The notes beneath the pieces are model-generated. The model was not told where the DNA came from and searched no databases. It saw nothing but the letters and a program-made list of their open reading frames with translations. A stretch of 64,000 nt of DNA from the NCBI GenBank assembly GCA_965202585.1, contig OZ241826.1, positions 80,042,001 through 80,106,000 of the forward strand. Direction: 5' to 3'. A program made the translations under genes and the position numbers. Each line of letters opens with the position of its first letter. Position 1 is the first letter of the stretch. Of this stretch, positions 25,831 to 38,600 are shown in pieces. The DNA comes from Thalia democratica (Eukaryota).

Positions 25831-27559
25831 ATGTAAAGTTTTTATAATTATTAATCATAAAAGTTAAAAAAAAAGCATTTGTACTAATATTTTGTGTTAA
25901 AAATGTTTAAATTTAAGCTAACCTAAAAACTATCTGTAAGCTGAATTTTTTTAAATTTTAAATTAATTTGTAGATTTAAATGGTTCCGAATACTTTAGTA
26001 CGACATATCAAACTACAAAAATTTAAATTTTGAAATCGAAAGTCAGACTTAAATTCTATCAACTAAAATTCCAAATTCCTAATTTCCAAAAATTCAAATT
26101 TATTATTAGAAGTTTTGACATTTAAAATACAACAGCTCTATATATAACAATTCTAAGTAGTTTAAACTTCAAGTAACTTTAAAGAATTAATTGTTTTGAA
26201 CGTTAAGTTAGTATATATTTATTTGTTTGTTTTGATATCTTATAAACTAAAAATTTATTTAAAAAAGTTTAACTATAAAACTTAAATTACGTTAATTGAA
26301 ACTATAAAAATTTCATTCACGAAAATTCTAATTTGATAAATGTAAAATGTTTGTAATTCTATTTGGTTTGTCCAAACAAGGACTTTATAAAACCTAAAGC
26401 TAAAATATTTAAATTTGTACTTAAATAAAAAAAATATTGAATTAGTCAATATAAAGTTTTTTTGTAAGAAAAAGACTATGCATTAAAAAAGTCATTGACG
26501 ATTTTAACAAAGTTTAAAGTCATGATAGGTAGATTTTAAGAAGCTTTAAATTACCGATGGCTGATAACAACTATTTTAAATAATTATCTTTACAAGAATA
26601 TTTAAGAAGCTTTAGGTATCTGGTTTAAACATCAACAAACATAATAGTACCTTTACATAATAATAACTAAAAGCTGTCAAGTTTAATGTTAAAGAATTAA
26701 ATTATTTTTAAAGAATTATGTAACAGAAAAAAACTAGAAGTTGTTAAGAATAAAATGTATCGTTTTATTAAAAAGCTTCCAGCTTTTATACATGTGCTTA
26801 GTTCTTAAAATAAAAGCTATCTTTTAGTTTTTATGAGTTTTTTTGTCTTAAGAATTTAACATATGTAAAAACTGCATACTAAAACCAATGCCTTTCGAAT
26901 AGACAAATTTAAACTTACAATAGAAACACAAAAGTAATATCTTCCGCTCCAACTAAACTTTTTGATATTTCAGCAAAAATTTCTCGCTAAAAAAGCCTGT
27001 TTTATAAATCTGATTTTATTTTTACTCTCAGCTAAGCTAAATGACCGCTTAAATCATTCGATTACATAAATCTTGAGTGCACACAAGATGTTATGATCGA
27101 TTTATTTTTACATGAACTTTTGGAAATGAGACCTTGTGCCAAAGTTCTATTTTAGTTGCACACAACTTTAAGTTTTAGAAGCGTATTAAAAGATAAGTTT
27201 ACTCTTTAAATAATAATCATAAAAAAGTTTAAAGATCATTAAACAAAGTAAAGTAAATCTAACAACTGCATAATTATCATCTAGAGCTAACTCATAACAC
27301 TAATAACAAAAAAAGCTTGTTTGGTGAGAATTTTTTTGTTAATTTTCGTTTACAAATATATATTTCTTTTTTTCGATTTTCAAGTTAGTAAAACTAACAA
27401 GAATTAATTATAAACATGCTATTTTGTAATATGCAAAACAAAAAGTTTTACAAAAAGTTCATGAAAAATTGACAAATATTACATTTACAATTCCTGACAA
27501 GCGAGTGAACTTTTAAAATAATTTCAAAAGTTCGATGAAAATTCAGCAGCCGAATATCG

Positions 27560-28650
27560 ACAAGCTGCGAGCTGCGCAAATTTAAACGAAACAACAAAAC
27601 AACCAGAAATTTTCTACGAAGAACTTCATTTCCCCCCTTTCAAAGCGACACCACAACAATAAAATCTCGAATCCCGGTTACATAAGGGAAATTAGGTGAG
27701 GGCAAGTTATATGAGAATAATGATGGGCATAGATTTTGTTTTGAACTCACTTCAGATTTTCTTCTAAGCAAAAGCTCCTCACATGCCGTTAATTAGAGAT
27801 GCAGCGAATTAGCAGCGGATTTTTACTGGCAGCGGCGGTTTACTTTTTGCACGATCGCCATAAAAAGCTCTCAGGTGTATTTCGTGCGCTTTAGTAACCT
27901 TCTCTAACGTCTTATAAAAGTTTTTTACTTTTGCTTCTTGTCCCCGAGATAAAGTATGTTGCTGATAAATGTTTTGCGTTCACATTTTTTTAAAAGACAG
28001 TAAATGAAAGGTAGTTGAAAAAACAAAAATCAATGCTTCAAAGAGAAAATTAAGAGTGTTTACAAATCATTTTTAAAGCGTTTGCTTTTTTTGCTAAAAG
28101 AACTACAAAACTGCTTAAAAACTACTTAGTGCATAAAGAAAAAAACTTGAAACAATTTCTAATGAAATGAAAATAAAATACAGACAAAAAGCTTCATATT
28201 AATTTCCGAACACAAAGCTCGAAACGTCACCGACCTCGCAGGCTTTCACCTCGCTTTTTTATCTGCCTATAAACGCATCAAGTTTTCATTGAGAGGTGCT
28301 ACCACACACCACGCGTTAATTACCCCTTTCCGCCAATCGAGCGCTCGTTAAATAGGCTTAAATAGGCTCGTTAAAAACGAGCAAAAAAACAGATTATTAG
28401 ACTTTTGTGAATTTATGCTCGATTTTTTTTTGCATTGAAAATTGTAGGCACAGCGTCGTACCAATCATTCATTGCTTAAACTGCGCTTGCTGATGTGAGG
28501 TCAAATTTTCTACTCTTCACTGATGACTGCTGTCAGTAGAAAATTATCTCGCAAATTTCGTCACCGCTTCTAATGCCCGGTTGTGATTGGTCGTGACCGT
28601 CGTCGGTTGTCGCCGCGGTTGGCATCGGTTGCCGTGGAAACCACATCAGG
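27560..28650 (+). promoter_or_regulatory. Inverted paralogous copy of the gene's promoter/upstream region, with no gene behind it (B counterpart ~55740-56800)
   Basis: The reverse complement matches 14340-15560: gtttccacggcaaccgatgccaaccgcggcgacaaccg vs gttaccacggcaaccgactacgaccgtggcgacgaccg; aagcgaggtgaaa..gtcgg(t/c)gac..ttcggaa; ataacttgccctcacctaattt. X-box GTTGCCGTGGAAAC at 28628-28641. Confidence 0.7.
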
Positions 28651-30109
28651 TCTTGTGGTTTGGCTTGAGCTATTTTATAATTTTTTGTTTTCACTTTTTA
28701 TTTATTTAGATGTGTTGTAGTTTGCTTATGATAACAAATTTAAATAAATTTGAAAATAATGTTTCAAAGTCTAAAAAGGTTTTTAGTTTTTATTCATATT
28801 GTATTTGTTTAAATCTTCTCCTGAAAAAATTTAAGTTTGTTTATACTTGTATGATATATTTTTATTAAACTTAGGTATTAATATGTATTCAAAAGTTAAT
28901 TCAAATTTTTAGTCAAATTAAGGTTGACAATATAAAAGTTTAAAATTTTGCTTTTAATTTTACTAATTGTATTTAATTAAAAATAATTTAAATGAATTTT
29001 TATATTTCTATTGATATTACGTAAATTATCTAATAAGTAACCATACAAAAAAAATTTTAAGTAAATTAAATTTATTAAAGTTTAATACTTAAAGCAAAAA
29101 AAGTAATAAACAAGTTTTTAGTTTATGCTTTTTGTTTTTGTTTCCTACAATCTGTATATTGCTATTAATAAAATTAATTTATTGAAAATATAAAATGTTG
29201 TATTTTAGGTTGTAGGCACAAATTTTACAGAAATATTTAACAGAAATATTTGATAGATTAAAATAAAAAAGTTAATAATCTTTAGTTCTTTTTACTATTA
29301 AGAAATGATACAAAAACAAGTTTCAAATTTATTTCGTTACTGGTTTTGGTAGCCTAAACACCGACCTCGTCAAAGAACATAACAGTAAATATCATTTGAA
29401 AAATGGCAGTTGTATAAATGTATACTTGAAAACGTGAAACAAAAATAAATTTATTTGTAGAAGTTGCCTTTTAAATCATTGTAAATTTATAATTACAAAA
29501 TTAAACAAAGTTTAAAGTCATAGAATCAAAATAATTAAATTAAAATGTAAAAATTAGAACACACAATAGTGACTATACCTTTCTAACAAAACTTGATATA
29601 AATAAAGATTTATACTGTTGTTAATATATTTTATATTTTTTTAAGCTTAAAATAAATGAAAAAAATGTAGACAACGCAGCAATAGTCTTTTTACTTGATT
29701 ATAAAAAGTTTTTAATAGTTATTTCTACAAAAGAAATGCTACGTAACAGTTTAGTTTAATTGTTTGAATCTTTATAATGATGTTAGTTTTTAACTATATA
29801 AACTTAAATGAAAAAGTCACATAAAAAGCAGCAAAACAGAAAACAAAATACATGTAGTTTAATTTCTTAATAGCTTATAGAATAAAGCAGAAGTCACAAA
29901 GCAAGCTTAATTAAATGTTTCGAATTCTGTATAAATTAAAAAAAAGTTTAACTATCTTAACTGCGTACATAACAGAGCAAATAACTTATATAATGAGCAA
30001 ACAGTAATTGATTTTGTGTTTTAAGTAAGCTGTGTAAGCCAGTAGAAAGAAAAACAAGGAAAAAGGAATAGAAAAAAAAAGTTATTGTTCAGTTTTGATC
30101 TCGATGAGA

Positions 30110-31400
30110 AGTAACTTTAGAAGAGATGTGTAAGCAAAAAAAGACGTAAAATTAAAATTTGCACAGTAATCCAGTTTTGATTTCGGATTTTACCCTGAAT
30201 CATTCAAAAGTGGCGTAATAAAATTTTAAACAAACTTCAGATTTATAAGTTCATTTTTGCATAAAGAAAAATCAAAATTTGTCGACCTGGTAATAGACAT
30301 AAAAGAACTGTTAAAAAAAACATTTTATTTTTACAAATATAGTTTAAGATTAGTTTAAATAACTTCGATCGAAAAGATAGTAGTTTCAAATCAATAAATA
30401 ACTAACATTATAATTGGTATGATTATCAGTTTAATAAATATTAAATACCTTTAAACGAAATAGTAGCAACTACCTAACATGTAACAATCTATATGTCGTG
30501 AATCGATTGAGAACAGCTGACAAATGCTAATTGCAGCCAGTAACTCTTACAAACTTTTTACAAAAAAAAAATTCTTAGCAATTAGCTTTTGATTTTAAGA
30601 GGTAAGTTTAATATTTTACGCATTTCACCAACGAGAAAGAATTGCTCGGTTTTTAATTTAGTTGCGTTGAAACCAGATGATGATTGAGTTGGTTGTTGCT
30701 ACGACAATAAATAGTCTAACATGCAATTATGTGAAAAAAAGAAAAATACTTTATGTGAAAAAAGTACTATATTTAATAAAACACATTTTAATTTTTTCTA
30801 TTATACTTTTACTCCAATTAATAAATGAATTCTTAAGCTAAAATTTAATGTGATAACTTAGAGCTTTATTATAAAATCAATGGTAGAGTAAAAATTATCA
30901 AATAATTAAACTTAAGTAAAAAAGTAAAAATCCTACTCGAAAAAAAAAACAAACAGATTATTACTGTTTTAGTTAAAAAATTGTAAAATATTAAGCAATA
31001 ATTTTTAGTTTAATCAAATAGCTCGCATTAAAAATACGTACAAAAGTCTGTTTCATTTTCAGTTCGTTTAAAAACCAATAAAAAAAATTCTTAGAAAACC
31101 CGCGACAGTAATTGATATAACATATTTAATATATATTATAAAACTGTTTAATATATTTACGCTTGTGCAAGCTATTAACTTAGCAACAAGTCGTATTACA
31201 TTTTTTAATACCGCTGCTGATTAGTTTCTGTCGCCATGGTTACGAGCTACGGACCAGTTAATCTCCAATCAAATTAAGCTGATAAGCGATGATGATCTTT
31301 ACCATGGCAACAAGGTTGTCAAGCATTTTCGTAGAAGTTAATTGGATGAATTACCGGAAAGTTACCGACGTCTGCGAGCGGTGACTGATGTCTGAAAATT
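30110..31400 (-). pseudogene. Collapsed remnant of a C-type SAMD11-like copy: 3' end, exon-2 fragment and intron-1 RFX cluster
   Basis: 30110-30300 matches the stop codon/3'UTR region (ttaccctgaat; cf. 3740-3830 and 58260-58450); 30661-30700 matches the 5' part of exon 2 (11740-11782); 31220-31390 matches the 12480-12720 cluster (accgacgtctgcga) with X-boxes at 31230-31243 and 31298-31311. Order and strand are those of an intact gene. Confidence 0.7.
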
Positions 31401-34400
31401 ACTGCTAAATCGTAGGAGGGGCGAAAATTTTTGTAAAGATTTAACCAAATTATTAATTTTTAATTTTGACAAAATTTATTGAATTTTAAATCAAAGTTTA
31501 AAACCTGTGAAAAGCTTTAAATATTTGTCTTAAAAAACACTTCGGCAAAATATTAAGCAAACAGTTTGCTTTTGCTGTTAATACAACCAATAGTGCTAAA
31601 TATATTTTACTTATATCACATTTGTATGAAATATTTTGGAATATCCTAAGGTATTCAAACTTTTTAATGAGAGATTAGAAAAGTTAAAGAGAATTACATT
31701 CTAGTTTTTGATACAATTTTTAAACAGAAACTACAAATAAAACTGTGATTACAAGTATTTCAATAATGTTTGCAATTAAAAATAAGATAATTTACTGTAA
31801 AAGATAAAAAGCGTTTAAAATTCAAAAAAAATAATATATTTGCAATAAATCTAAATTAAAAAACTGAGATTAATCCAAATCTGTAAAATATTTTTTTTTT
31901 GTGAATTTAGCACAAAAACCATTACAAATTATAAAACGACGGACTTAAAGCATCTCAAAAAACACGAATTAAAACTTAGGAGTTATAAATTATTAAAGTA
32001 ATAATAAATTACAATTTTGGTTTAAGACTGTTTTTAGCGTGGATTCTTAAAATGAAAAGCCGAAAATTAGCGTTTTGTCATTATTAGAAGCTGAAAACCA
32101 CAAAAAAGCTGACTTGCCTCGAAAACTGTTTATTAATCAGCAAACAGCTCTTTGGCAGGAGAAACTTGCTTATAATGCGTAGTGGCATAAAACGACTGCG
32201 GTGAAAATTTGTGTTTGATATTTTTCAGATTTAAAAGCGAGCAGAAGCATTCAAAGTCGTCAATAGATAGGTTTAATTAGAGAAAAAGGATATATGTATT
32301 TTTTTTATATATTGTTTGAAACAAATATACTTCTAAAAATGTGTTGTTTTTAAATCTTGACATAGTTCAACACTAAGGTTTTAAAAGTTTTCAAAAGTTT
32401 CGGACTTTAGAAAATATGTGGTTTTTTTAAAGTTTGCGTTTTTTTTTAGACAATTTGTTAGCACACATTCTATTAAAGTGGCAAAGAGATAATTAAAAAA
32501 AGTCGAAGAAAGACTATGTGGTTCAAATACATCAAAAAAAGTTCTTGTGTATAAAGTTCAAAGAATTATTTTTTTTAAATCTTAAATAATTTTAAAACTT
32601 TTTTTAATCAATCAATACGAAACTTAACTAGTTTTTTACATACCAAAGTTTTGTAAACAGTCAATTCTTTACATTTCCATCATTCAAACACACGAAGTCC
32701 TAACAACCCTTATCAATCTGGTCTATTTTTGCATTTATATTAAACTTCAACCTTTTTGTTTGTTAGCAAGCTGATTATTGACTAAGCAGAGAAAAGTATC
32801 GAGATTTGATAAAGAAGTTTAAATGCAAAGGGGAAACTTATTACGTTTTTGTTTTACCGCCTCAATAAAAAAGTCGTTGGTATTTCTTATTGGTGTCGCA
32901 TGAGATAATTGACTTTCGCTGCTTGTTGAAACGCTAGCGTCTTAGAAATTAGTCATGCTAGAAGCTGCAATAAATTAAAGAATAAATTTAGAAAATTAAA
33001 AGTAGCTTCAATACTATTGATTAGTTAAACATTTAAAATGTCTATTTTTTAATTTATTTAGCTTCTTTTTTAGGCAACTTAACTTATTTGTTTGTTTAAC
33101 TTTAAACGAAGCTAAATTCGTAACATGAGCCAAAAATTTTAATTGTTATTTAACTAATGGCTTTAAAGTTAATTGAAGCAATTTTTAATTTTTTATCTAA
33201 TAACTAAATTTAGATTTCCTTATTTTCAAAAAAACAAATCCTGATATTATTTAGTTGATAAGTATAATATATGTTTTTTTAAAGTTAAGTCTTTAGACAA
33301 ATACACAGTTTTTTACCTTAAAAGCAGCAAAACAAAAATTTATCAGTTTTAAACTATTAGTGAATTTAAAATTTTTATTAGAATAATTTAACATTTAGTT
33401 TGATAGAAGTGCATCGGATTTTTATACTAACAAAATATTTTGGGTACCATGAAAATAATTCAAATTTTGCAAATTTTAGCAAACACTTCAACTACAAAGC
33501 ATCAAACTTGAAAGTAGCCGAGTATAAAAAAATCGCATACTTTAACTTCAAAAATATTGTTTGGTAGTTAATGTTTTATTTATGAGTTTATTTTTAGATT
33601 AATTTTAAATATTTTGTTTCTTTGACTTTAGTTGTTAAATTACACAATATACAAACTTTTTAGAGAGTTTATATTTATTGGTGAACGAGCTGCAAAAGCG
33701 TCAGTTTGTAAGCATATTAAGGGCTTCCTACAATGAGGGCAAGTGACAAAATTCGAGGTTTAATAGTGCAGCGTTACTTGCGACAAGACAGGAAATGTCG
33801 GTGTTAAACAAAAAACGAAGAACATTTTCCTTTCACTTCGACATCAACTACAAAAGGATGTGAAGTTTTTATTATCTGTGGTGGAAGTTGGTGGTATGTT
33901 ATTATTGATAAATAAACAATAAGTTTTTTTTGTTAAAGTTGGAATTAATTTGACCCTTTTAAACCCCGTTTAATAAGCTTGTTTATAAATTCTTTTGTAT
34001 TTTTCAAAGTTAATTTACCTACAACTTTCTGTTTGCGAACAGTAAAAACAAATCACTGGCAAAATAAAATTAGCCAGGTGTAATGAAATCAGCCTGGAGG
34101 GAATTTATATTATATTAATTTTCTGAGAAGAAATTTATTCTAAGATAAACCGACCGCTTATATTAAATATTTCAAAAACTTGTGAAAAAAAGTTTAAGAG
34201 CTTTACTCAATAACTTTGTCAATAGTTTAGTATAAATTTTAAGAGCAAAGTTTATAATTAAACCGCAAACATATAACAGAAAGGCTATTAGTAGAATGAA
34301 CTATAATTCCCAAAAGATTGTTGGTTTACTTTGTTTAAAGTTTGCTTCGGTTTAAGTTTCAAACTACTGCCTTATAAGTATCCGTGCTCATTAAGCAGTT

Positions 34401-35633
34401 TGACTTTGTTCAACAACTTTTTAAAATTTGTTTCTTTGGAAGATGATTTTGTTTATAAACTGTTTTTATTTATTCACTACCGTTGACATCATTACTTTCT
34501 CCAGTAAATTTATATTTAAGGTCCAAGTAGATTGAAAAATCTTTAAACTTCACTAGCATAGAAATTTTTTTAATTTAAATTTTTTAGAAGTTTTATTTCA
34601 AGCATAGTTAAACAAACAAATATTTTTTTTATTTGTTTTAAAACTTTTAAGTTTAAAATGTAAAAGGAGTACAAACTGTATAACACATCAAAAATGCGAG
34701 ATGTAAATTTTTGTTTTAAAAATAATATAAATAAAGTTTGCTTTAAAACAAAATTTAAAATTGTTCACCTAATCTTAGGTTAAACAGAAATAAAAGAACA
34801 CTATTACACTTATTATTTTACGTAAATTTTACTTAAAAATAATTTGTTGTAACAGTAATATTTTAAAACAATGTTTCAAGTTCTAAAGAAACTTTAGAGT
34901 TTTATTGCAAACAATTGTTGTGTTTTGCAATTTATTTATTGTATCTAAACACAAAAAACGCATTAACATCAAAAAGAAATTCAATCATACCAAAATTTTT
35001 TCTTCAAAAAGTAGAAGAATAGTTTTAGTAGTACATAAATTTTTAAGGCCTAAAAAAATGTAAAATTTAAGTATAGTTCTTAAGAAGATTTATTCGTAAA
35101 AACTGATTTGTTTTCAAATTTTAAAACCATAACAAATTAAAAGTATATTAAGTTAAGGTAATTATCTATTAATGTATTATTCCTTAAATGTAGAGTACTT
35201 TTGTATGAATTTATTTTACTGCAAAATTTTAACTAACGTTTAAAAATCAGCCATTAGTACAAAAATATTTTTTTTTTAGTCTGTTGAAATAAAACCTCAT
35301 ACAAACTTTAGACTTATAAATTTGTTGCACATAGAAAAACCAAAAATTTTCGATCTGGTAATAAAAAAAGTTATTAAGATTATGTATTTTTTTTACAAAT
35401 ATATTTTTACTCAGAAAAAATAGAACAAGGAGCACAAAAAGTAACTGCTTTTAAAAACAACAGAAAAAAGACTGTCGGTCAAAAAATTCTTCTGATAATT
35501 TGAGATGTGACGAAAATTACTGTAAAATGTTTTATTAAACTAAAATAAAAAAAAGTAAACTTTAGAAGCGCCGTGTAAGCAAATAGAGACGTTATATTAA
35601 AATTTGGACAGTAATCAGGTTTCAATGTCGGGT

Positions 35634-38600
35634 TTACCCTGAATCGTTAAGAGGTGAGGAGGGTGAGTGGTGAGCTTCGAGAATGAAGAAGTACGACCCT
35701 AAGTGACGGTGAACGGAGGAAATGAGGGTGTGAGCGTGACCCAGTTTCATTTGCAACCTGCTCAAGCAAGAGTCTTCGGTGACTAACGGGAGTGAATGTC
35801 CATTGATGCCGTTGTCAAGGAAGATCTGTTGTTATTGTTACTATTGCATAATTTTATTTTTGTTTCTTGTTGTAAAACAAACAAAAGCTTTAAAATTTTA
35901 ATTAAAAAAGATAAAAGTCTTCTTACTATTAAATTTTTAATTTTAAGTAAAAATCTTTGTGACTACAATAAAATTTAATTTTACATACTGTTAAGAAGTT
36001 TTAAAGTAAAATGGTGTATTTAGAAATAAATGTTTTCAACTTACTTGTTTATATTGCCCCAAATTGATTTCGTCCAAATACTGACCAATTCTTTCACAAC
36101 TCCATTTGCTCATTTCATCGGAATTTTTCGATATCGTTTCCATGGTAGCTTTGTCAGCAGACATAAAAGATATCCTGTTATTAGTTTCACTCGGCAGTGA
36201 AGCGTTTTTTGCAGAAGTGTGAGACACGGGTTCAGTTTTAAGCAATGTTTTAGCGGTCTGAAGGTTAAAGTTCTTAAAAGAAGCGCATTCTAAAGAGGAA
36301 TTTCTGTATAATAAAACAAGATTAGTTCATTTATAAATACAAAAATTTATATCTAACTTACTATAAACTTACAAGTCAATGAGCGAACGAGAAGTTCTTG
36401 GTTTTTTTGTTTCTTTTTTAAGTTTTCTGAAAATAAAAGTTGTAGAATTTTGTATTAAAAAAAACAATTTTTTACACATTACTGCAGAAGAAATTATTCT
36501 TACCACATAAGCTTTAAAAACTGAAAGTTTCATAAATGTTTTTTATCTAAGTGATACGAAGTAAGCATTTTTATTTTGTTGAACTATATCTGTATTAATA
36601 TATAACTATTTATTTACTAAATACATTGTACAAAAAGTACTTACATAGGAACACTACTTGGTCTTTTTACGTTCTTTTGTATTGTTTTTTTAACACCACC
36701 CTCATTTTTCTCGTTTGATATGCTAAAATAAAAGTTGAAAAAATAAATCTGTCAAGTGTTATGTTAGATGCTTTAACAGATATCAAGTTAGCTATAACAA
36801 CTATATTAAAAATAAAATTGAGTATATATTTTTTTAGCTTGATAGTTAAATTTTAACCCGTATCAGTTGATACTAACCATGCTTCTAACATATGTACTTT
36901 TTTGTTTTTTATAAAAACTAAAATAATTTTCATTTAAAATCAATCATTGCAGCTTCTTAGTTTTCTTTTATGTTTAAAAAAGGATTAAATTACGCTGAAA
37001 ATAAAGTTTTTATAACTACAAAACTGCTTACTTTTCTGAAGTTTCAGCATGGTCTTTAACATCATTTGAGTTATTTTTCAGATTTAGTTCAAAAGATTTT
37101 AGTTCTTCTGATTGGTTAACTTCTTGTTCTACTTGAGACTTGCAGTTTATTTTAATATTTTCAAGTAAATTTGGCGCCAATTGTCCGAATGCAGCTGCCA
37201 TGTTCTTTACAAGATTTGACTGATCCAGCATCAATCTGTAAGTAAGTAGTTAATTGAAAAAAACATTATAAGTATGAAAAAATACTTGATGGTTAAACAA
37301 AGCATCTTGTTTTTAGAGAACATGACTTAATTATTTTTTAACTAAAATTGTAACTATAAGTATATATGCATAAACAACTGTTTTTTAGGTTTATAATGCT
37401 TTTCCATTAAAAACTTAAATGACTACAAAATAACATTAAATTGAAATTTTTTTTTATTACAAAATATTATGATAATATCTATTTGAATTTAGTAGTTTAG
37501 TAAATTGAAGTTTTCAAAATATTTATTTAATAGTATATTTGGTCAATATATGTGTAACTAAAATAAAAAATCTTTTTATAAAATGTAAAACATAATTAAT
37601 AGTTTTACTTAGGTAACTTAAATTTTTTTTTTCAGTATAAATCTAAGTATCACAAATTTGACTACTTAATTTTATAGTATTACAGACAGTCTGTCTATTT
37701 TTGATTATTTCAAAAAGATCGACCTATACTTTTTTGAAATAATTTTAAAACTTACTTTTTAGTAACAGCTTTTCGCAGAGCAAACTAAATTGACTTGAAT
37801 AAAAACATAAACAGAGTTATTGAGTAATAAGCCTAATTCTACAGATTAAGAAAAAAAAGAAAATTGTTTTAAAAATAAACCAACTATTTGTTAAAAAAAC
37901 GAAAGTTATCTGCTAATTGAATAATTTGCTACCTTTTTAAAGGGCAACTGTAAGTAATTTTATAAATAATAAAATGATGATAAATTACTTACTTTTTATA
38001 GTCGAAATTGATTGAATCTTCGTGTGAATTCGGCAGAAAGTCTAAAAAATGTTAATATCGTTCATTCGTTATTCTATTATAGTTGGTAATTTTTTTTTCA
38101 ATGTAGTGCTAAAATATATGCAGGCTTTAAAATTACTTATTACTTATTTTTTAAGTTGAAATATTTAAAAATAAACCGTTTTCAATTTTTGATTTCTTGT
38201 TAACAGTTGGATGTAATTCGTTTGCTTCTTCATCTAACTGATTCTGCAAGATAAAGAGTTATACTTTAATAAAACAACTTACTTATATATTTTTTCTCTA
38301 TCTAACAAACTCCCGACCTGATTTTGTTCAACGTTGTGTGATCTTTTTCTAGAAGCTGTATCTTCGTCTGCTGCAGGGCTTTGAACTTTTTTATCAGTCG
38401 AACATGGAGGTTTTCCTCGCATTTGCGACGGAGAATCTCTGATAAAAAACTCTATTGTTAAAGACATACCTCTAAACTTCAAAAACGTGAAACTTTAGCT
38501 TTCAAAAATATAGGTAATTTTATAACATTTATTCCATAGAAAAAAGACATACAAAAATGTATAATTTGAATTACACAGTGATAAAAAAGGTATATAGATT

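Larger units (their letters stand above)
1..30310. repeat. Segmental duplication unit 1 (gene A plus intergenic block)
   Basis: Collinear with ~31870-58450: e.g. pos ~25-90 = ~31890-31950; SAM exon 4224 = 36045; promoter 14355 = 45729; 24236 = 52032; 28628 = 56776; 30110 = ~58260. Many substitutions and kb-scale indels. Confidence 0.93.

Noticed and set aside
26357-26366. ATTCTATTTG resembling the start of the recalled Ciona spliced-leader exon (also ~54404, partial at ~5534)
   Set aside because: Only 10-11 nt in very AT-rich DNA, without the rest of the leader, a matching donor or an Sm site.
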